Shown one piece after another: positions 62,303-64,000 of a stretch of 64,000 nucleotides of DNA; position 1 is the first letter of the stretch; each line of letters begins with the position of its first letter. The DNA comes from an uncultured Gemmatimonadaceae bacterium. GTDB lineage: Bacteria; Gemmatimonadota; Gemmatimonadetes; Gemmatimonadales; Gemmatimonadaceae. The DNA lies in NCBI GenBank assembly GCA_963822945.1, contig CAWGJO010000041.1, positions 1-64,000 of the forward strand. Reading direction: 5' to 3'. A program made the translations under genes and the position numbers. The notes beneath the pieces are model-generated. The model worked only from the letters and a program-made list of their open reading frames with translations, ran no database searches and was not told the DNA's origin.

Positions 62303-64000
62303 CTACGGTGTTCGACCGCCGGTCGTTCGGGGCCCACGCTTCACCTCTTCCCTCGGCGACGGCGCCTCGGGCAGGAAGTCCTCGCCCGGGTTGATGTACT
62401 GGTCGGTCTCGATGCCGTGCTGCCGGTCGTGCAGCTGGCGGTAGCGTCCGCTCGAGCGCCATCAGTTCCTGGTGGCTGCCGCGCTCGACGATCACGCCCC
62501 CCTCGAGCACCAGGATCTGGTCGGCGCTCTCGATGGTCGACAGCCGGTGCGCGATCACGAACGTGGTGCGCCCGCGGCGCAGCGAGCGCAGGCCGTCCGG
62601 ATCAGCGCCTCGCTCTCGCTGTCCAGGCTCGACGTCGCCTCGTCGAGAATGAGGATGCGCGGGTCGGCGAGAATGGCCCGCGCGATGGCCACCCGCTGGC
62701 GCTGGCCGCCGGACAGCTTCACGCCGCGCTCCCCGACCACGGTGTCGTAGCCGTGCTCGAACCGTTCCACGAACTCGTCCACGTGCGCGATCCGCGCCGC
62801 ACCCGCTGCATCTCCTCGTCGGTGGCGCCCGGCTTGGCGAACGCGATGTTCTCGCGGATCGTGCCGTCGAACAGGAAGTTGTCCTGCATCACCACGCCGA
62901 GCTGGGCGCGGTAGTCGTGCAGCCGGAAGCTCGCCAGGTCGCGGCCGTCGATGAGAATGCGCCCCTGCTGGGGATGGTAGAACGCCTGACGAGCCCGATC
63001 AGCGTGCTCTTGCCCGATCCGCTCGATCCCACGAGTGCCGTGGTCGACCCGCGCCTTCGCCACGAAGCTGACGTCGCGCAGCACCGGCACGTCCTTCTCG
63101 TATTCGAACGACACGTGCTCGAAGGCGACGTTGCCGACGATGTCGTCCACCGGCGCGCGGCCGGCATCGTCCGCGTCCTCGGTGGGCGTGTTCATCAGAT
63201 CGCGAATGCGGTCCAGCCCCGCGAACGCCTCCGAGATCTGCGTGCCGATGATGCGATCGGAACCAGCGGCGCCGCCACCATGCCCACGAGGTATACGTAC
63301 AGGAACAGGTCGCCCAGCGTCATCGTGCCGTTCAGCACGTCGCGCCCGGCGATCACCATCACCAGCAGGCCGATCACGCCGCTGACGACCTCGGTCGCCG
63401 AGGGCGTCACCGCGGAGGTCCCGGTGATCGTCTGCGCGACGTTGCGAAGCAGCTGGTCCACGCCCTGCGCGAACAGCTTCCGCTCGCGCCGCTCGGCCAC
63501 GTAGAGCTTCACCAGCCGGATCCCGCCCACCGATTCGGCCAGCCGTCCCGTCACGTCGGCGTTGATCTTCCCCCGCTCGCGGAACAGCGGGCGCAGCGTG
63601 CGGAACGCTACGCCATCATCCGCCGAACACGACCAGCACCACCGCGGTCGCCAGCGTCAGCCGCCAGTTCAGGTAGAACAGCACGCTCGTCGCGATGACC
63701 GCCGTCATCATCCCGCCCACGAGCTGGATGATGCCCGTGCCCACCACGTTGCGCACGCCCTCGGCGTCGGTCATCACGCGCGAGATCAGATGCCGGTCTT
63801 CGTGGAATCGAAGTAGGCCACCGGGCAGCCGCAGCACGTGCGCCTGCACGCGCTTGCGCATGTTCGTGATCGCGCGCTGGCCCGCGATGCTCACCACCTG
63901 CGAGAGCAGGAACGAGGTGACGGCCTGGACCAGGGTCGCCGCGGCCACCGCCAGCGCCAGCGGCACCAGCCACTGCGGGCGGTGCTTCCCGATCACCGTA
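62303..64000 (-). CDS. ABC exporter, fused permease + ATP-binding (MsbA-like); 5'-truncated, many apparent indels
   Basis: TM fragments; [58 protein letters not shown]; stop TAG 62303-62305. Confidence 0.88.

Noticed and set aside
62303..64000. ABC transporter as decayed pseudogene
   Set aside because: All motifs are intact across frames; indel density rises toward the sequence end, consistent with low-quality consensus

Overview
High-GC (roughly 70%) bacterial chromosomal segment. Gene content and protein style suggest Gemmatimonadota/FCB (inference only). It holds about 39 CDS; I found no rRNA, tRNA, CRISPR array or transposase. Layout: (1) 1-25.4 kb is an exported hydrolase and uptake region (two tandem S9 peptidases, BNR/VPS10 protein, barrel-less plug-TonB fusion, SusC/SusD, tricorn S41, macro domain, GH38 mannosidase, M20 amidohydrolase). 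(2) 28.2-43.0 kb is an 8-gene, largely translationally coupled operon of unknown function (vWA/GATase-like membrane protein, Cys-less caspase-like protein, TPR-HExxH peptidase, DUF4159, MoxR, DUF58, BatA-vWA, large Gln-rich coiled-coil protein); this is the best candidate for an uncharacterised system. (3) 43-58 kb has ocd/pruA, REC-HisKA with nfo, sdpR-sdpI-hydrolase, a histone-H1-like SWIB protein, lepB, a Rieske oxygenase, a hybrid kinase, an orphan GroES and BrxA/B. (4) The end holds a TonB-dependent receptor with an LTXXQ-like C-terminal domain and an ABC exporter. Window-wide patterns are GGRGG linkers and D-S/T-hydrophobic motifs in exported proteins, and 7-10 bp tandem-repeat hairpins in intergenic gaps. 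Single-base frameshifts, dense at both window ends, look like long-read errors. All family calls are from motif recognition, not database searches.
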